Positions 1 through 12,337 of a stretch of 64,000 bases of DNA are shown piece by piece. How positions within the stretch are numbered: the first letter of the stretch is position 1; every line of letters starts with the position of its first letter. Origin of the DNA: an uncultured delta proteobacterium (GTDB taxonomy: Bacteria > Myxococcota > Myxococcia > Myxococcales > Anaeromyxobacteraceae); contig CAWHDZ010000008.1 in the NCBI GenBank assembly GCA_963828255.1, forward strand, positions 96,001-160,000, written 5' to 3'. The notes below the pieces were generated by a model that did no database searches, was not told the origin of the DNA, and was given only the letters and a program-made list of their open reading frames with translations. The translations under genes were made by a program, and so were the position numbers.

Positions 1-204
1 AACGCCTGGAACGAGCCGCTCAGCTTCGAGCTGCCCCCCGTCGAGCAGGGATGGCGCCGCATGGTGGACACCTTCCTGCCCTCGCCCGACGACATCCGGA
101 CCTGGGAGGAGGCGGCGGTGCTCGAGACCGGCAGCTACCTGGTCAACGGCCACTCCTTCGTCTTCCTGGCCGCCCTGGCGCCGGAGCGCGTGGAGCCCGA
201 CTAG
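1..204 (+). CDS. glgX: C-terminal end of glycogen debranching enzyme/isoamylase (partial)
   Basis: Frame 1 reads NAWNEPLSFELP...WRRMVDT...SPDDI to TAG at 202-204, a typical GlgX C-terminus; only 67 aa are visible. Confidence 0.6.
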   Translation, partial: NAWNEPLSFELPPVEQGWRRMVDTFLPSPDDIRTWEEAAVLETGSYLVNGHSFVFLAALAPERVEPD

Positions 205-1160
205 CTCCTGGCCCCGGCCTGCGACGCCATCCAGACCTCGAGCCCCTGCGCGTTGAGGTCGAGGTCGGCGGCGAAGGCCTGGAGCGCCTCCTCCCGCGTC
301 CCCTTCCAGCCGCGCCGCGAGAGGAGCCCGACGAGCTGCCCGGCCAGGCCGGCCCGGATGGTGGCCTGCCGCCCCGGCCCCTCCGGCGCGGCGCGGGCGA
401 CGGCGACGTGGCCGTCCACGGCCTCGAGCATGGCCGCGGCCGCCTCGGGGATCTTCCCCTCGATCATGCCGTAGTGGGTGAGGTACATCCGCTCCGGCCT
501 CTCGGCGAGCATGCGCTCGACCGAGGAGCGCAGCGCGGGCGGGTCGAACTGCACCGGGGTCGTGGTGGGGTACATGAACGGACCGCTCGCGTCGTCGAAC
601 TCCCGGTAGGAGATGCCGAAGGTGTCTCCGGTGAAGAAGCCGCGGGTGGCCGGGTCGTGCACGACGAAGTGGTGCTTCGCGTGCCCCGGCGCGTCGAGCA
701 TGCGAAGCGTCCGGCCGCCCAGCTCGACCACCGCTCCCTCCGGCGCCTCGACGACCCGCCCGGCCGGCGCCGGCAGGACGTCCCCGTAGAGCCGGCGGAT
801 GGCCTCCATGCCGCCGTAGACCTCGGCCGCTCCGGCCAGCAGCTTCGAGGGATCGATCATGTGGCGGGCGCCGCGCGGGTGGACGACGAGCCTCGCCTGC
901 GGAAGCCGGGCCAGCAACGCCCCGGCCCCGGCCGCGTGGTCGAGGTGCACGTGGGTCACGATCACGTGGGTCACCGCCCCGGGCGCGATCCCGTGGGCGG
1001 AGAGCGCCGCCATCACGTGCGGAACGCTGTGGGCCGTGCCGGTCTCGACGACCGCAGCGCCCGACCCGCCCCTCACGATCCAGGCGGCGGCGACCCCGGG
1101 GCGCACGTAGCCGGTGTCCACCAGGATCACTCCTGGTGCGACCTCCCGCGGGGGCGCCAT
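201..1160 (-). CDS. MBL-fold metallo-hydrolase
   Basis: THVHLDHAA (HxHxDH), PGHAKHH, FTGD, THYG; ATG at 1160. Confidence 0.9.
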   Translation of the reverse strand: MAPPREVAPGVILVDTGYVRPGVAAAWIVRGGSGAAVVETGTAHSVPHVMAALSAHGIAPGAVTHVIVTHVHLDHAAGAGALLARLPQARLVVHPRGARHMIDPSKLLAGAAEVYGGMEAIRRLYGDVLPAPAGRVVEAPEGAVVELGGRTLRMLDAPGHAKHHFVVHDPATRGFFTGDTFGISYREFDDASGPFMYPTTTPVQFDPPALRSSVERMLAERPERMYLTHYGMIEGKIPEAAAAMLEAVDGHVAVARAAPEGPGRQATIRAGLAGQLVGLLSRRGWKGTREEALQAFAADLDLNAQGLEVWMASQAGARS

Positions 1161-1168
1161 GGCCGCGC

Positions 1169-3358
<2,190 letters not shown>

Positions 3359-3452
3359 GGTGTCCTCCGGATGGGGCGGTGCGTGCGAAATCCTAGCCGA
3401 AAGGTGGGGCGCGCGCTTGACTGCCCCCGTCGCCGGACCCAGCTTCGGGTGC

Positions 3453-3728
3453 GTGCTCCGCGACGACTACGTCATGCGCCTGGTGCGGCAGCTGGCCGAC
3501 GCCCTGGCCCGCATCTCCGGCCTCCGGAAGGCGGGGCTCCTCGAGCAGGCGGGGGCCGAGCTCGACGCCGCCTTCGCTGGCCTGGGCGGCATCGACCCGC
3601 TGCTCGCCCGGGACGGCGACGCGGCGTTCCTCCTCTCCCTGGTGCAGGATCCTTCCCGGCGCGAGGCGATGGCCCGGCTCCTCGAGGAGCGGGAGGCCCT
3701 GCGCGCCGCCCGCTCCGCCAACCGCTGA
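3453..3728 (+). CDS. Small helical hypothetical protein (DUF6483-like)
   Basis: GTG start, MLRDDYVMRLVRQLADALAR; fills the intergenic gap with coding-like codon usage. Confidence 0.6.
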   Translation: MLRDDYVMRLVRQLADALARISGLRKAGLLEQAGAELDAAFAGLGGIDPLLARDGDAAFLLSLVQDPSRREAMARLLEEREALRAARSANR

Positions 3729-3731
3729 TTG

Positions 3732-4568
3732 TCACCCCAGGTGAATGTCGCGATCGATTCCCCGGAGGGCCTCGAGGGCGCCTTCCGGGATGGAGAGGTG
3801 CGGGGCCCGGATGTCGGCCTCGCGCGGGTTCACCCGGATCACCGTCGCGCCGGGCCTGCGCCCCAGCCGCTCGGAGAGGTGGCGGATGGTGGCCACCGCG
3901 GTCCCGGCGCCCAGTTCCAGGACCACGAGCCCCTCCTCGCCGTGCTCGTCGAGGAAGGCCTCGAGACGGCGGGCCTGCGCGCTCGACCGGCCGGGCAGCC
4001 AGGCCCCGTCGCCGAACATGAGGATGTTGGGGCGGGCCACCCGCCGGCAGTTCCGGCAGCCGGGCAGGTGTCCGGCCCGCATGGTCGCGCCGTCCACCGG
4101 CACCTCCTCGCGGCACTCCCAGATCTCGTCGCTGCAGGGCGCCGTGCACTGGAGGTGGTGGATGGACCCGTGGACCTCGTGGACCGACGCGGGGTCGAAG
4201 CCTGCCTTCTGGAACTGTCCATCCACGTTGGAGGTCACGGCGAATCCGGGGATCCCCAGTCCGGCCATCCAGGCCCGGAGGATGCGGTACCCGTCGTGGG
4301 GAACCGTTTCCCGGTAGAGGTGGAGCCGGTGGCCGTAGAAGCCCCAGCCGAAGGCCGGGTCCTCGTCGAAGTGGTCGGGGTTGGCGGCGTCCACGAAGGA
4401 GAGCCCGAGCCGCTCGTAGGCCGGATAGGCCTTCCAGAACCCCGAGTCGCCCCGGAAGTCGGGGAGCCCGGAATCGACACCCATTCCGGCCCCGGTCGCC
4501 ACCACGAGCGCACGGGCTCCGCGGATCGCGGCCGCCGCCCGGGCATGGCTCTCCTCGTTGCCGACCAT
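3732..4568 (-). CDS. Sir2-family NAD-dependent deacylase
   Basis: GAGMGVDSGLPDFRG, TSNVDG, HGS, Zn-binding cysteines, RPNILMF. Confidence 0.9.
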   Translation of the reverse strand: MVGNEESHARAAAAIRGARALVVATGAGMGVDSGLPDFRGDSGFWKAYPAYERLGLSFVDAANPDHFDEDPAFGWGFYGHRLHLYRETVPHDGYRILRAWMAGLGIPGFAVTSNVDGQFQKAGFDPASVHEVHGSIHHLQCTAPCSDEIWECREEVPVDGATMRAGHLPGCRNCRRVARPNILMFGDGAWLPGRSSAQARRLEAFLDEHGEEGLVVLELGAGTAVATIRHLSERLGRRPGATVIRVNPREADIRAPHLSIPEGALEALRGIDRDIHLG

Positions 4569-4662
4569 CCTGGCGCCGAGGAGAGCACCTCCCAACTTCG
4601 CTGGCAAACCGCCCGGGGTCCGGGCAATATCCGCCCCTTCCCCTAGACGCCGGAGAAGAACC

Positions 4663-5148
4663 TTGAAGATCGCGAACGGAACGGTGGTGGCCCTCGAGTA
4701 CAAGCTCCACCTGGGCGACGGGGACGTCATCGACGCCTCCGAGCCGGGCAGCCCGCTCTATTACATCCAGGGCGAGGGAAACATCGTTCCGGGCCTCGAG
4801 CGGGCGCTCGAGGGGCTCGGGAAGGACGACACGCGGCAGGTGATCGTCTCCGCCGAGGACGGCTACGGCCCGCACGACCCCCAGGGCGTCCAGGACGTCC
4901 CCAACGATGCCTTCGGGGGGGAGCTTCCCGAGGTGGGGAACCAGTACACCGCCCGTGGGCCGGAGGGCGAGGTGGTCCCCTTCGTTGTGCGGGAGCTCAA
5001 GCCCGGCTTCGTGGTGGTGGACCTGAACCATCCGCTCGCCGGCAAGACCCTCCACTTCGACGTGGCCATCCGCGAGGTCCGCGAGGCCACCGACGAGGAG
5101 AAGGAGCACCGCCACGTGCACGGCCCGGGCGGGCAGCACCACCACTGA
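4663..5148 (+). CDS. slyD: FKBP-type peptidyl-prolyl isomerase SlyD
   Basis: TTG start; GLERAL, DLNHPLAGKTLHF, His-rich tail. Confidence 0.92.
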   Translation: MKIANGTVVALEYKLHLGDGDVIDASEPGSPLYYIQGEGNIVPGLERALEGLGKDDTRQVIVSAEDGYGPHDPQGVQDVPNDAFGGELPEVGNQYTARGPEGEVVPFVVRELKPGFVVVDLNHPLAGKTLHFDVAIREVREATDEEKEHRHVHGPGGQHHH

Positions 5149-5232
5149 CGGACCCGGTGCCGGAGCGAGGCTGGCCGTCACACCCCGATCGAGCCTCCCT
5201 CGACCGGCCGTCGCGGCGTTACAAGGATCTGC

Positions 5233-5787
5233 ATGAACTCCTTCCGCTTGGCCGTCGCCCTCCCGCTGCTGGCAGCTCTCTCCCTCCCGGCGCCGGCCCT
5301 GGCCGCCGACGACCCGGCCGCCGCCGTCAAGAAGGCCGAGGCAGCGGTCGCGCTCTTCAAGAAGACCGACCCGTCGATCGAGAAGTTCTTCGGGAAGTCG
5401 GCGGGCTGGGCGGTCTTTCCCTCCGTCGCCAAGGGCGCCATCGGCATCGGCGGGGCCGGTGGCAGCGGCGTGCTCTTCGAGAGGGGTGGCAAGGCCATCG
5501 GCAAGACCTCCCTCGCCCAGGTCACGATCGGCCTCGCGCTCGGCGGGCAGGAGTACGCCGAGATCATCTTCTTCGAGAACGACCTGGCGCTGACCAGCTT
5601 CAAGGGCGGCAACTTCGCGCTGGCGGCGCAGGTGAGCGCGGTCGCGGCGGCCTCCGGCGCGGCGGCCACCGCCAAGTACAGCCAGGGCGTGGCCGTCTTC
5701 ACCATCGCCATCGGCGGGCTCATGTACGAGGCCAGCGTGGGCGGCCAGAAGTTCGGCTTCGAGCCCTACGGCGCGAAGAAGAAGTAA
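5233..5787 (+). CDS. YSC84/SYLF lipid-binding domain protein
   Basis: Signal peptide; AVFPSVAKG...GGSG, GGLMYEASVGGQKF. Confidence 0.85.
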   Translation: MNSFRLAVALPLLAALSLPAPALAADDPAAAVKKAEAAVALFKKTDPSIEKFFGKSAGWAVFPSVAKGAIGIGGAGGSGVLFERGGKAIGKTSLAQVTIGLALGGQEYAEIIFFENDLALTSFKGGNFALAAQVSAVAAASGAAATAKYSQGVAVFTIAIGGLMYEASVGGQKFGFEPYGAKKK

Positions 5788-5789
5788 CG

Positions 5790-7151
5790 GTGCGTCCCGG
5801 CGTCCTGGTCATCGCGGCCCTCGTCGCCGCACCCCTCGTGGCCCGCCCCGAGGTGCCCCCCGAGGTCCCCGCCGGAGCGGCGCCGGCGGCGGTCGCGGTC
5901 CCCTGCGCGTGCAGCGAAGACTGCGTGCTCGCGGTCCGGTACGGCAGCGTCTGCGTGGAAGGCAGCTGCACGCCCTACGAGGACGGCTGGAGCCTCCTCG
6001 ACTGGCTCGGCCTGGCCCGGGAGGAGAAGGGCCCCCCCGCACCCTTCGTGCTCCTCCCCGCCATCCTCCCCGCCATCGGCTACAACCCGGCCATGGGGGC
6101 GCTCTTCGGCGTCACCGGAACGCTGGGGATGTATCTGGGGCCCCTCGCGTCCACGACCATCTCCAGCCTGCAGGGGGTGGCCCTCTACTCCACGATGAAC
6201 CAGCTCACCATCCAGGTCTCCACGCAGGTGCTCACCGCGCGCAACGAGTGGGAGCTCCAGGGGGACTGGCGCTTCCTCCTCTTCAACCAGAAGACCTACG
6301 GCCTCGGAACCGGACCCCAGGCCATGTCGGCCCCGGGCATGGTCCAGGACTTCAACCTGGTCCGGATCCACGAGACCGTGCTCCGCAAGGTCTGGGGCGA
6401 GCTCTACATGGGGCTCGGCTACCGGCTCGACAGCCATTACGGCGTGGAGGACAGGGGCATGGACCTGGCGGGGCCGGCGCCGCTCGTGAGCCCCGGGTAC
6501 GCCTACAGCATTGCCTACGGCTTCAACCCGGCGCAGGGCGTGGTCTCGGGCGGGACGCTCGCCGCCCTCTACGACAGCCGCGACTCCACCATCGACCCGT
6601 ACCGTGGATTCTACGGGTGGGCCAGCTTCACCGTGAACCCCACGTGGCTCGGCTCCTCGCAGCCGAGCACCAGCATGGAGGCGCAGTTCCGCACCTACCT
6701 CCCGCTTTCCGGCGACGTGCCGCGCAACGTCCTGGGGATCTGGCTCTACTACCGGGGCGTCACCTCCGGCGCGGCGCCGTACCTGACGCTCCCGTCCACC
6801 GGCTGGGACCAGAAGAACCGGACCGGGCGCGGCTACGTCCAGGGGCGCTGGCGCGGCACCCAGGAAATCTACGGCGAGGTGGAGTGGCGCTTCCGGATCA
6901 CCAGCAACGGCCTGCTCGGCGGGGTGGTCTTCGCGAACGCCCAGACCTTCGCGGCGCCGGCCTTCCAGGCCAGCGGCCCGGGGTGGAGCTACGCGAGCGA
7001 GAGGGTCGGGCTCCTCCAGTTCATCCGACCGGCCGGGGGCCTGGGCCTGCGCTTCATGATGAACCGCGACTCGCGGACCAACATCGCCCTCGACTTCGCC
7101 TTCGGGGAGAGCTCGTTCGGCGTCTGGTTCAACGCAGGGGAGTACTTCTAG
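5790..7151 (+). CDS. Omp85/BamA-TamA-like outer membrane beta-barrel protein
   Basis: YDSRDS, GRGYVQGRWRG, C-terminal GEYF; GTG start right after the upstream stop. Confidence 0.75.
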   Translation: MRPGVLVIAALVAAPLVARPEVPPEVPAGAAPAAVAVPCACSEDCVLAVRYGSVCVEGSCTPYEDGWSLLDWLGLAREEKGPPAPFVLLPAILPAIGYNPAMGALFGVTGTLGMYLGPLASTTISSLQGVALYSTMNQLTIQVSTQVLTARNEWELQGDWRFLLFNQKTYGLGTGPQAMSAPGMVQDFNLVRIHETVLRKVWGELYMGLGYRLDSHYGVEDRGMDLAGPAPLVSPGYAYSIAYGFNPAQGVVSGGTLAALYDSRDSTIDPYRGFYGWASFTVNPTWLGSSQPSTSMEAQFRTYLPLSGDVPRNVLGIWLYYRGVTSGAAPYLTLPSTGWDQKNRTGRGYVQGRWRGTQEIYGEVEWRFRITSNGLLGGVVFANAQTFAAPAFQASGPGWSYASERVGLLQFIRPAGGLGLRFMMNRDSRTNIALDFAFGESSFGVWFNAGEYF

Positions 7152-7843
7152 CCTCCCGCCGGCACCTTGCGCTTCCGGCCGCCGTAGCGCCCGTCCGCCG
7201 ACGCCTGCGCGACGTGGGAGGGAACCACGTAGGCCAGCACGAGCCGCAGGATCTGCTCCTCGAGGCGCCCCGAGGCGACCAGGTCCGGACGGTCCAGGGT
7301 GGCCCGGTTCACGAGCCCCTCCACCGCGGCGACCAGCACGAAGGCGGCCATCCGGGCGTCCTGCACCTCGATGCGCTCGGCGTTCTCGAGGAGCCAGGAC
7401 TCCACCAGCAGCTCGTAGTTCCCGAAGAGCTCGTGGAGCCGCCGCAGCGCGCCGATGCGCGGCACCTGCTCCACCAGCACCCGGTGCAGCCTGGGCTCGG
7501 CCTGCTGCGCCGCCAGCATGGCCCGGATCATCTCGGTGGCGACGTCCTCGGCGGTGGCCGCCGGCGGCGCGTTCTTCATGCGCTCGGCGATGTTCTCCTG
7601 CATCCGCGAGGCGTGCTGCTCCATCACCGCGGCGACCAGCGCCTCCTTGCCGGGGAAGTACTGGTAGAGCGAGCCCACGCTCACCCCGGCCTCCTTGGCC
7701 ACCCGGTTCGTGGAGAGCGCGTCGTACCCGTCGCGGACCAGGACGCTCGCGGTGGCGACGACGATCGCGTCCACGGTGGCGCGGGACCGTTGCTGGGTCG
7801 GGGACTTGCGGGGAGCCGTCCTGATACGAGCCAAGGCTCGCAT
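7148..7843 (-). CDS. TetR/AcrR family regulator (start may be TTG at 7834)
   Basis: PTQQRSRATVDAI, TNRVAKEAGVSVGSLYQYFPGK helix-turn-helix. Confidence 0.92.
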   Translation of the reverse strand: MRALARIRTAPRKSPTQQRSRATVDAIVVATASVLVRDGYDALSTNRVAKEAGVSVGSLYQYFPGKEALVAAVMEQHASRMQENIAERMKNAPPAATAEDVATEMIRAMLAAQQAEPRLHRVLVEQVPRIGALRRLHELFGNYELLVESWLLENAERIEVQDARMAAFVLVAAVEGLVNRATLDRPDLVASGRLEEQILRLVLAYVVPSHVAQASADGRYGGRKRKVPAGG

Positions 7844-7847
7844 TCTA

Positions 7848-9776
7848 CTAGAACTGGACCTGCCCGCCCATCTCCACCACCCGGTTGGGCGGCAGGCCGA
7901 AGAAGGCGCTGGCGGGCTGGGCATTCCGGGCCAGGATGATGAAGAGCCGCTTTCGCCAGCGCGGCATCCTGGACGGCCCGTCGGGGAGCAGGGTTTCCCG
8001 CCCCAGGTAGTAGGAGGTCTCCATCACCGCGTTCTCGAGCCGGGGCCCGGGGATGGCGAGAGGAGGCAGGGCGGCCAGCAGGGCCGGCACGTTGGGCGTC
8101 TCCATGAACCCGTACCGGCCCACGATCTGGTGGATGCCGTTGCCCAGGCTCCGGACCGTGATCCGGTCGGCCGGGCTCACCGTCGGGATCTCCTCCGTCC
8201 CGATCGACACGATGAGCACCCGCTCGTGCAGCACCTTGTTGTGCTTCAGGTGGTGGAGCAGGACGCCGGGCGTGCCGTTGGGATCGGAGGTCATGAAGAC
8301 CGCCGTGCCGGGAATGCGGTGGGGCGGGTGGCGCTCCAGGTCGGGGAGGAAGAGGTCGAGCGGCAGCGTCGTCCCCGCCACCGATCTCGCGAGCGCCTCG
8401 CGCCCACGCTTCCAGGTGGAGAGCAGCGCGAAGATGACGGCGCCCATCACCAGCGGGAACCAGCCACCCTCCGTCACCTTGACCAGGTTCGCCGAGAGGA
8501 AGGTGAGGTCCACTCCCAGGAAGAGCCCGGTGAGCGGCCAGACCGCCCATCGGGACCAACGCCAGCGATCGCGGGCCACCCTGTGAAGGAGGATGGTGGT
8601 GATGGTCATCGTCCCGGTGACGGCGATGCCGTAGGCGGCGGCCAGGTTGCTCGAGGAGCCGAAGCCGAGCACCAGCGAAACCGTGGCCGCGGCGAGGAGC
8701 CAGTTCACCTCGGGGATGTAGATCTGGCCGTACTCGGTGCTGGAGGTGTGGCGGACGGTGAGGCGTGGCGCATAGCCGAGCTGGATGGCCTGGTTGGTGA
8801 TGGAGAAGGCCCCGGAGATGAGGGCCTGCGAGGCCACGATCGCGGCGGCGGTGGCGATGGCCACCATGGGCCAGAGCCCCCAGGAGGGAACGGACTCGTA
8901 GAACGGGTTCGCCACGTCGCCCGGGTGCCGGAGCAGGAAGGCGCCCTGCCCCATGTAGTTGAGGAGGAGCGCCGGCATGGCCACCGTGTACCAGGCCATG
9001 CGGATGGGGCGCTTCCCGAAGTGGCCCATGTCGGCGTAGAGCGCCTCGGCGCCGGTGAGAACCAGCACCACGCTCCCCAGCACGAAGAATCCGGCCCCGC
9101 GGTTGCGCACGAAGAACTCGTAGGCGTGAACCGGGGAGATGCAGCGGAGCACGCCCGGCTCCTGCCAGATGTTCCAGGCGCCGATGGCGGCGATGCTCGT
9201 GAACCAGAGCAACATGATCGGCCCGAAGATGTTTCCCAGGCTGGCCGTTCCCCGCTTCTGGATGGCGAACAGCAGCACGAGAATGACCACGGTGACCGGA
9301 ACGACCGCGGGCTTCATGGCCGGCGTGACCACGATGAGCCCCTCCATGGCCCCGAGCACGCTGATGGCAGGCGTGATGACCCCGTCGCCGTAGAGCAGCG
9401 CCGTTCCGAAGAGGCCGAGCAGGAGCAGGGCCCTTCTCCCCCGCTTCGTGGTCTCGTGCTGCCCCACGAGCGCCATGAGCGCGAGCGTTCCACCCTCCCC
9501 ACGATTGTCGGCCCGCATGACGATGGAGAGGTACTTGAAGGCGACGACGAGGGTGATTGCCCAGAAGACGAGCGAGAGGATCCCGAGCACGTTCGCCGGC
9601 GTGAGCGGGATCCCGTGGGAGCCGTGAAAGCTCTCCTTGAGCGCGTAGAGCGGGCTCGTCCCGATGTCGCCGTAGGCCACCCCGAGCGCAGCCAGCGCGA
9701 GACCGGCCACGGCGCTGTTCGACTTCGCGCTGGCCTCGTGGCCATGCTGGGGGGGGGTTTGTGACGGGTCGGTCAG
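7848..9776 (-). CDS. kup: KUP/HAK/KT potassium transporter (start uncertain, 9776-9842)
   Basis: YGDIGTSPLY, ADNRGEGG, GAEALYADMGHFG, GQIYIP. Confidence 0.95.
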   Translation of the reverse strand: MTDPSQTPPQHGHEASAKSNSAVAGLALAALGVAYGDIGTSPLYALKESFHGSHGIPLTPANVLGILSLVFWAITLVVAFKYLSIVMRADNRGEGGTLALMALVGQHETTKRGRRALLLLGLFGTALLYGDGVITPAISVLGAMEGLIVVTPAMKPAVVPVTVVILVLLFAIQKRGTASLGNIFGPIMLLWFTSIAAIGAWNIWQEPGVLRCISPVHAYEFFVRNRGAGFFVLGSVVLVLTGAEALYADMGHFGKRPIRMAWYTVAMPALLLNYMGQGAFLLRHPGDVANPFYESVPSWGLWPMVAIATAAAIVASQALISGAFSITNQAIQLGYAPRLTVRHTSSTEYGQIYIPEVNWLLAAATVSLVLGFGSSSNLAAAYGIAVTGTMTITTILLHRVARDRWRWSRWAVWPLTGLFLGVDLTFLSANLVKVTEGGWFPLVMGAVIFALLSTWKRGREALARSVAGTTLPLDLFLPDLERHPPHRIPGTAVFMTSDPNGTPGVLLHHLKHNKVLHERVLIVSIGTEEIPTVSPADRITVRSLGNGIHQIVGRYGFMETPNVPALLAALPPLAIPGPRLENAVMETSYYLGRETLLPDGPSRMPRWRKRLFIILARNAQPASAFFGLPPNRVVEMGGQVQF

Positions 9777-9862
9777 TCTCGGGCTCCCGATCGGCGGGGA
9801 CAGGGTTATCCGATCCCGCGTCGGCGGTCGAGAGGAGGCCACGTGCTACCTTGCCCCCCGCC

Positions 9863-11179
9863 ATGGAAACCGCCGAATTCCGACCGGAACCCACCGCGGC
9901 AGACGACCTCCGGGAAGCCTGGCTGCTCCTCGACTCCGCCGAGCGCTCCGAGGGGTTCGCCCGGCTCGCCCGGGCCGACGCCGACGACTTCTTCCTCGAG
10001 ATCTCGGCCCGCGACCAGTGGGATCTCCTCCTGGCGATGCCGGGCGCCGACAGGCGATCCTGGCTCCGGCTCCTCCCCCCCGACGACGCCGCCGACACGA
10101 TCCAGGCCGCGCCGGAGGAGGAGCGCACCCCGCTCCTCGCGCTCCTCGACGACCGCACCCGCAGCGATGTGACGGCGCTCCTCGCCTACGCCGAGGACGA
10201 CGCCGGCGGCCTGATGAGCACCCGCTTCGCGCGGCTGCGCCCCGACATGACGGTGGACGAGGCCATCGCCTACCTGCGCCGCCAGACCCGGGACACGGCC
10301 GAGACCATCTACGCCGTCTACGTGCTCGACCCCGAGCAGCGGCTGCTCGGGGTGATCTCCTTCCGCGAGCTCTTCGAGGCGGCCGGAAACCCCCGGGTCG
10401 GCGACATCATGCGCCGGGAGGTGGTCTCGGCCTCGGAGGACCTCGACCAGGAGCAGCTCGCCCAGCTCTTCCGGGAGAGCAACCTGCTCGCCATCCCGGT
10501 CGTCGATCCGGCGGGGCGGGTGAAGGGCGTGGTGACCGTGGACGACATCGTCGACGTGGTCACCGAGGCCGACACCGAGGACATGCAGAAGATGGGCGGC
10601 AGCGAGTCGCTGGGCGCCCCGTACGGCGAGATCGGCTTCTGGTCCATGTTCCGCAAGCGGGGCGGGTGGCTTTCCGCCCTCTTCCTCGGCGAGATGCTCA
10701 CCGCGACCGCCATGGCCGCCTACGAGGACCGGATCGCCCACGCCGTGGTGCTGGCCCTCTTCATCCCGCTCATCATCTCGAGCGGCGGCAACTCCGGGTC
10801 GCAGGCCACCACCATCATCATCCGCGCCATGTCGCTCGGCGAGGTGCGGGGGCGGGACGTGTGGCGGGTGGGGCTGCGGGAGGGGGCCACCGGTCTCGCG
10901 CTGGGCGGGCTCCTCGGCCTCATCGGCTCCGCGCGAATCGTCGCCTGGCAGGTGGCCTTCGGGAGCTACGGCGACCACTTCCGGCTGGTGGCGCTCACGG
11001 TGGGGATCTCGCTCGTGGGCGTGGTGCTCTTCGGGACGCTCATCGGGGCCACCCTGCCCTTCCTCCTCCGGCGCGTCGGCTTCGATCCGGCCAGCGCCTC
11101 GGCGCCGCTCGTGGCCACGGTGGTGGACGTGGCCGGGCTGGTCATCTACTTCTCGGTGGCCGGAGCGGTCGGATTCTGA
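9863..11179 (+). CDS. mgtE: Magnesium transporter MgtE
   Basis: CBS pair, SSGGNSGSQ, DPASASAPLVATVVD. Confidence 0.95.
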   Translation: METAEFRPEPTAADDLREAWLLLDSAERSEGFARLARADADDFFLEISARDQWDLLLAMPGADRRSWLRLLPPDDAADTIQAAPEEERTPLLALLDDRTRSDVTALLAYAEDDAGGLMSTRFARLRPDMTVDEAIAYLRRQTRDTAETIYAVYVLDPEQRLLGVISFRELFEAAGNPRVGDIMRREVVSASEDLDQEQLAQLFRESNLLAIPVVDPAGRVKGVVTVDDIVDVVTEADTEDMQKMGGSESLGAPYGEIGFWSMFRKRGGWLSALFLGEMLTATAMAAYEDRIAHAVVLALFIPLIISSGGNSGSQATTIIIRAMSLGEVRGRDVWRVGLREGATGLALGGLLGLIGSARIVAWQVAFGSYGDHFRLVALTVGISLVGVVLFGTLIGATLPFLLRRVGFDPASASAPLVATVVDVAGLVIYFSVAGAVGF

Positions 11180-11201
11180 CGCGGTCCTTGGTTCGCGCCG
11201 G

Positions 11202-11873
11202 TCAGAGGGAGAAGCTGCCCTTCACTCCGAGTTGCAGCCAGCCGTGGATCGCCCGGTTGGGGATGGCGATCTCCTGGGTGGCGCCGCCCGTGGACCTGGT
11301 GGCCCGGCTGAACTCGCCCACCGAGCCGGAAGCCCAGGGCCCCACCATCCACCCGGGGGCGACCTCGACGTCCCAGCCGCCCTGGAAGACCACGTACTCC
11401 ACCCCGCCCACGTCGAGCTTGATGGTGAAGTCCTGGCTCGAGTACTTCGTGAACATCCACTCCCAGCCGGTGCCCAGCCCCACCCACGGGCCGCCCTGGT
11501 CGCGGAAGGCGTAGGTGGCCTGCAGCCCCAGCCGCAGGCCGGTCACCGAGCAGGACTCGCCCACCTTGCAATGCGCGATCTGGAGCACGTCCCAGGCGTA
11601 GGACACGTAGGCGCCCACGAACCAGCGGCGGTGCACGGTGAGACCCACGTCCATCTGGATGGGGATGGACACGGCCACCATCTCGTCGATGAGGAGCGGG
11701 CCGCTGCCCGGGTCGGAGAGGACGCTCCCCATGGGGAAGGCCAGCGAGACCCTGGCCCCGACGGTGAAGCCCAGCACCGGGCCTTCCGGTTGCTCCGCCG
11801 AGGCGGGCAGGGCCAGGCCGGCGAGGAGGAGCGCGGCGGCGGCGAGCGCGGACCTGTGGGGCGTCGCCTTCAC
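11202..11873 (-). CDS. Putative outer-membrane beta-barrel protein
   Basis: Signal peptide, alternating beta-strand pattern, HGWLQLGVKGSFSL end. Confidence 0.65.
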   Translation of the reverse strand: MKATPHRSALAAAALLLAGLALPASAEQPEGPVLGFTVGARVSLAFPMGSVLSDPGSGPLLIDEMVAVSIPIQMDVGLTVHRRWFVGAYVSYAWDVLQIAHCKVGESCSVTGLRLGLQATYAFRDQGGPWVGLGTGWEWMFTKYSSQDFTIKLDVGGVEYVVFQGGWDVEVAPGWMVGPWASGSVGEFSRATRSTGGATQEIAIPNRAIHGWLQLGVKGSFSL

Positions 11874-12337
11874 CCCCCGAGCGTACCGCACAATCGCCGG
11901 ACCGCCTCGACCAGTTCGGCTGCGTCCACGGGCTTCAGGAGGCTGACCTCGGGCGAGAGGCCGGGGGCCTCGTCGTTGCCCACCCGGGAGAGGACGACGA
12001 CGGGCGCGCCCGTGCAGGCGGGCTCCTGCCGGAGGGAGGCGAAGGCCCTGCGGTCGGCGGGCGAGGCTCCCTCCAGGTCGAGGAGCAGGAGCCGGGGCGC
12101 GCACCCCTGCCGCACCGCCTCGACCGCCTCGGCGGCCGACTCCGCCTCGACGACGGTGTGGGCGCTGCGGCGGAGCACCCCGGCCATCCTCCCGCGGACC
12201 ACGTCGTCGGCGCTCGCGAGCAGGACGTCCACCGGGGAGGCCAGCGCGGTCTCCTCGGGGGTCGCGCCCGGGGCCGGGTCCTGGGCCGAGCCGGAGATCC
12301 GCCCGAGGACTCCTCCGGCGCGCGGCTCGTCGGTCAC
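11870..12337 (-). CDS. Stand-alone response regulator receiver (atypical)
   Basis: LLLLDL, PVVVLS, LLKPVD. Confidence 0.75.
   Translation of the reverse strand: MTDEPRAGGVLGRISGSAQDPAPGATPEETALASPVDVLLASADDVVRGRMAGVLRRSAHTVVEAESAAEAVEAVRQGCAPRLLLLDLEGASPADRRAFASLRQEPACTGAPVVVLSRVGNDEAPGLSPEVSLLKPVDAAELVEAVRRLCGTLGG

Noticed and set aside
3732..4568. Sir2 as an anti-phage effector (Thoeris/DSR)
   Set aside because: It retains the Zn-binding module of ordinary sirtuin deacylases and sits among housekeeping genes.
9749..9757. G9 tract at the kup 5' end as a phase-variation switch
   Set aside because: The frame is intact, the start is uncertain and G/C runs are expected at this composition; there is no evidence without reads.
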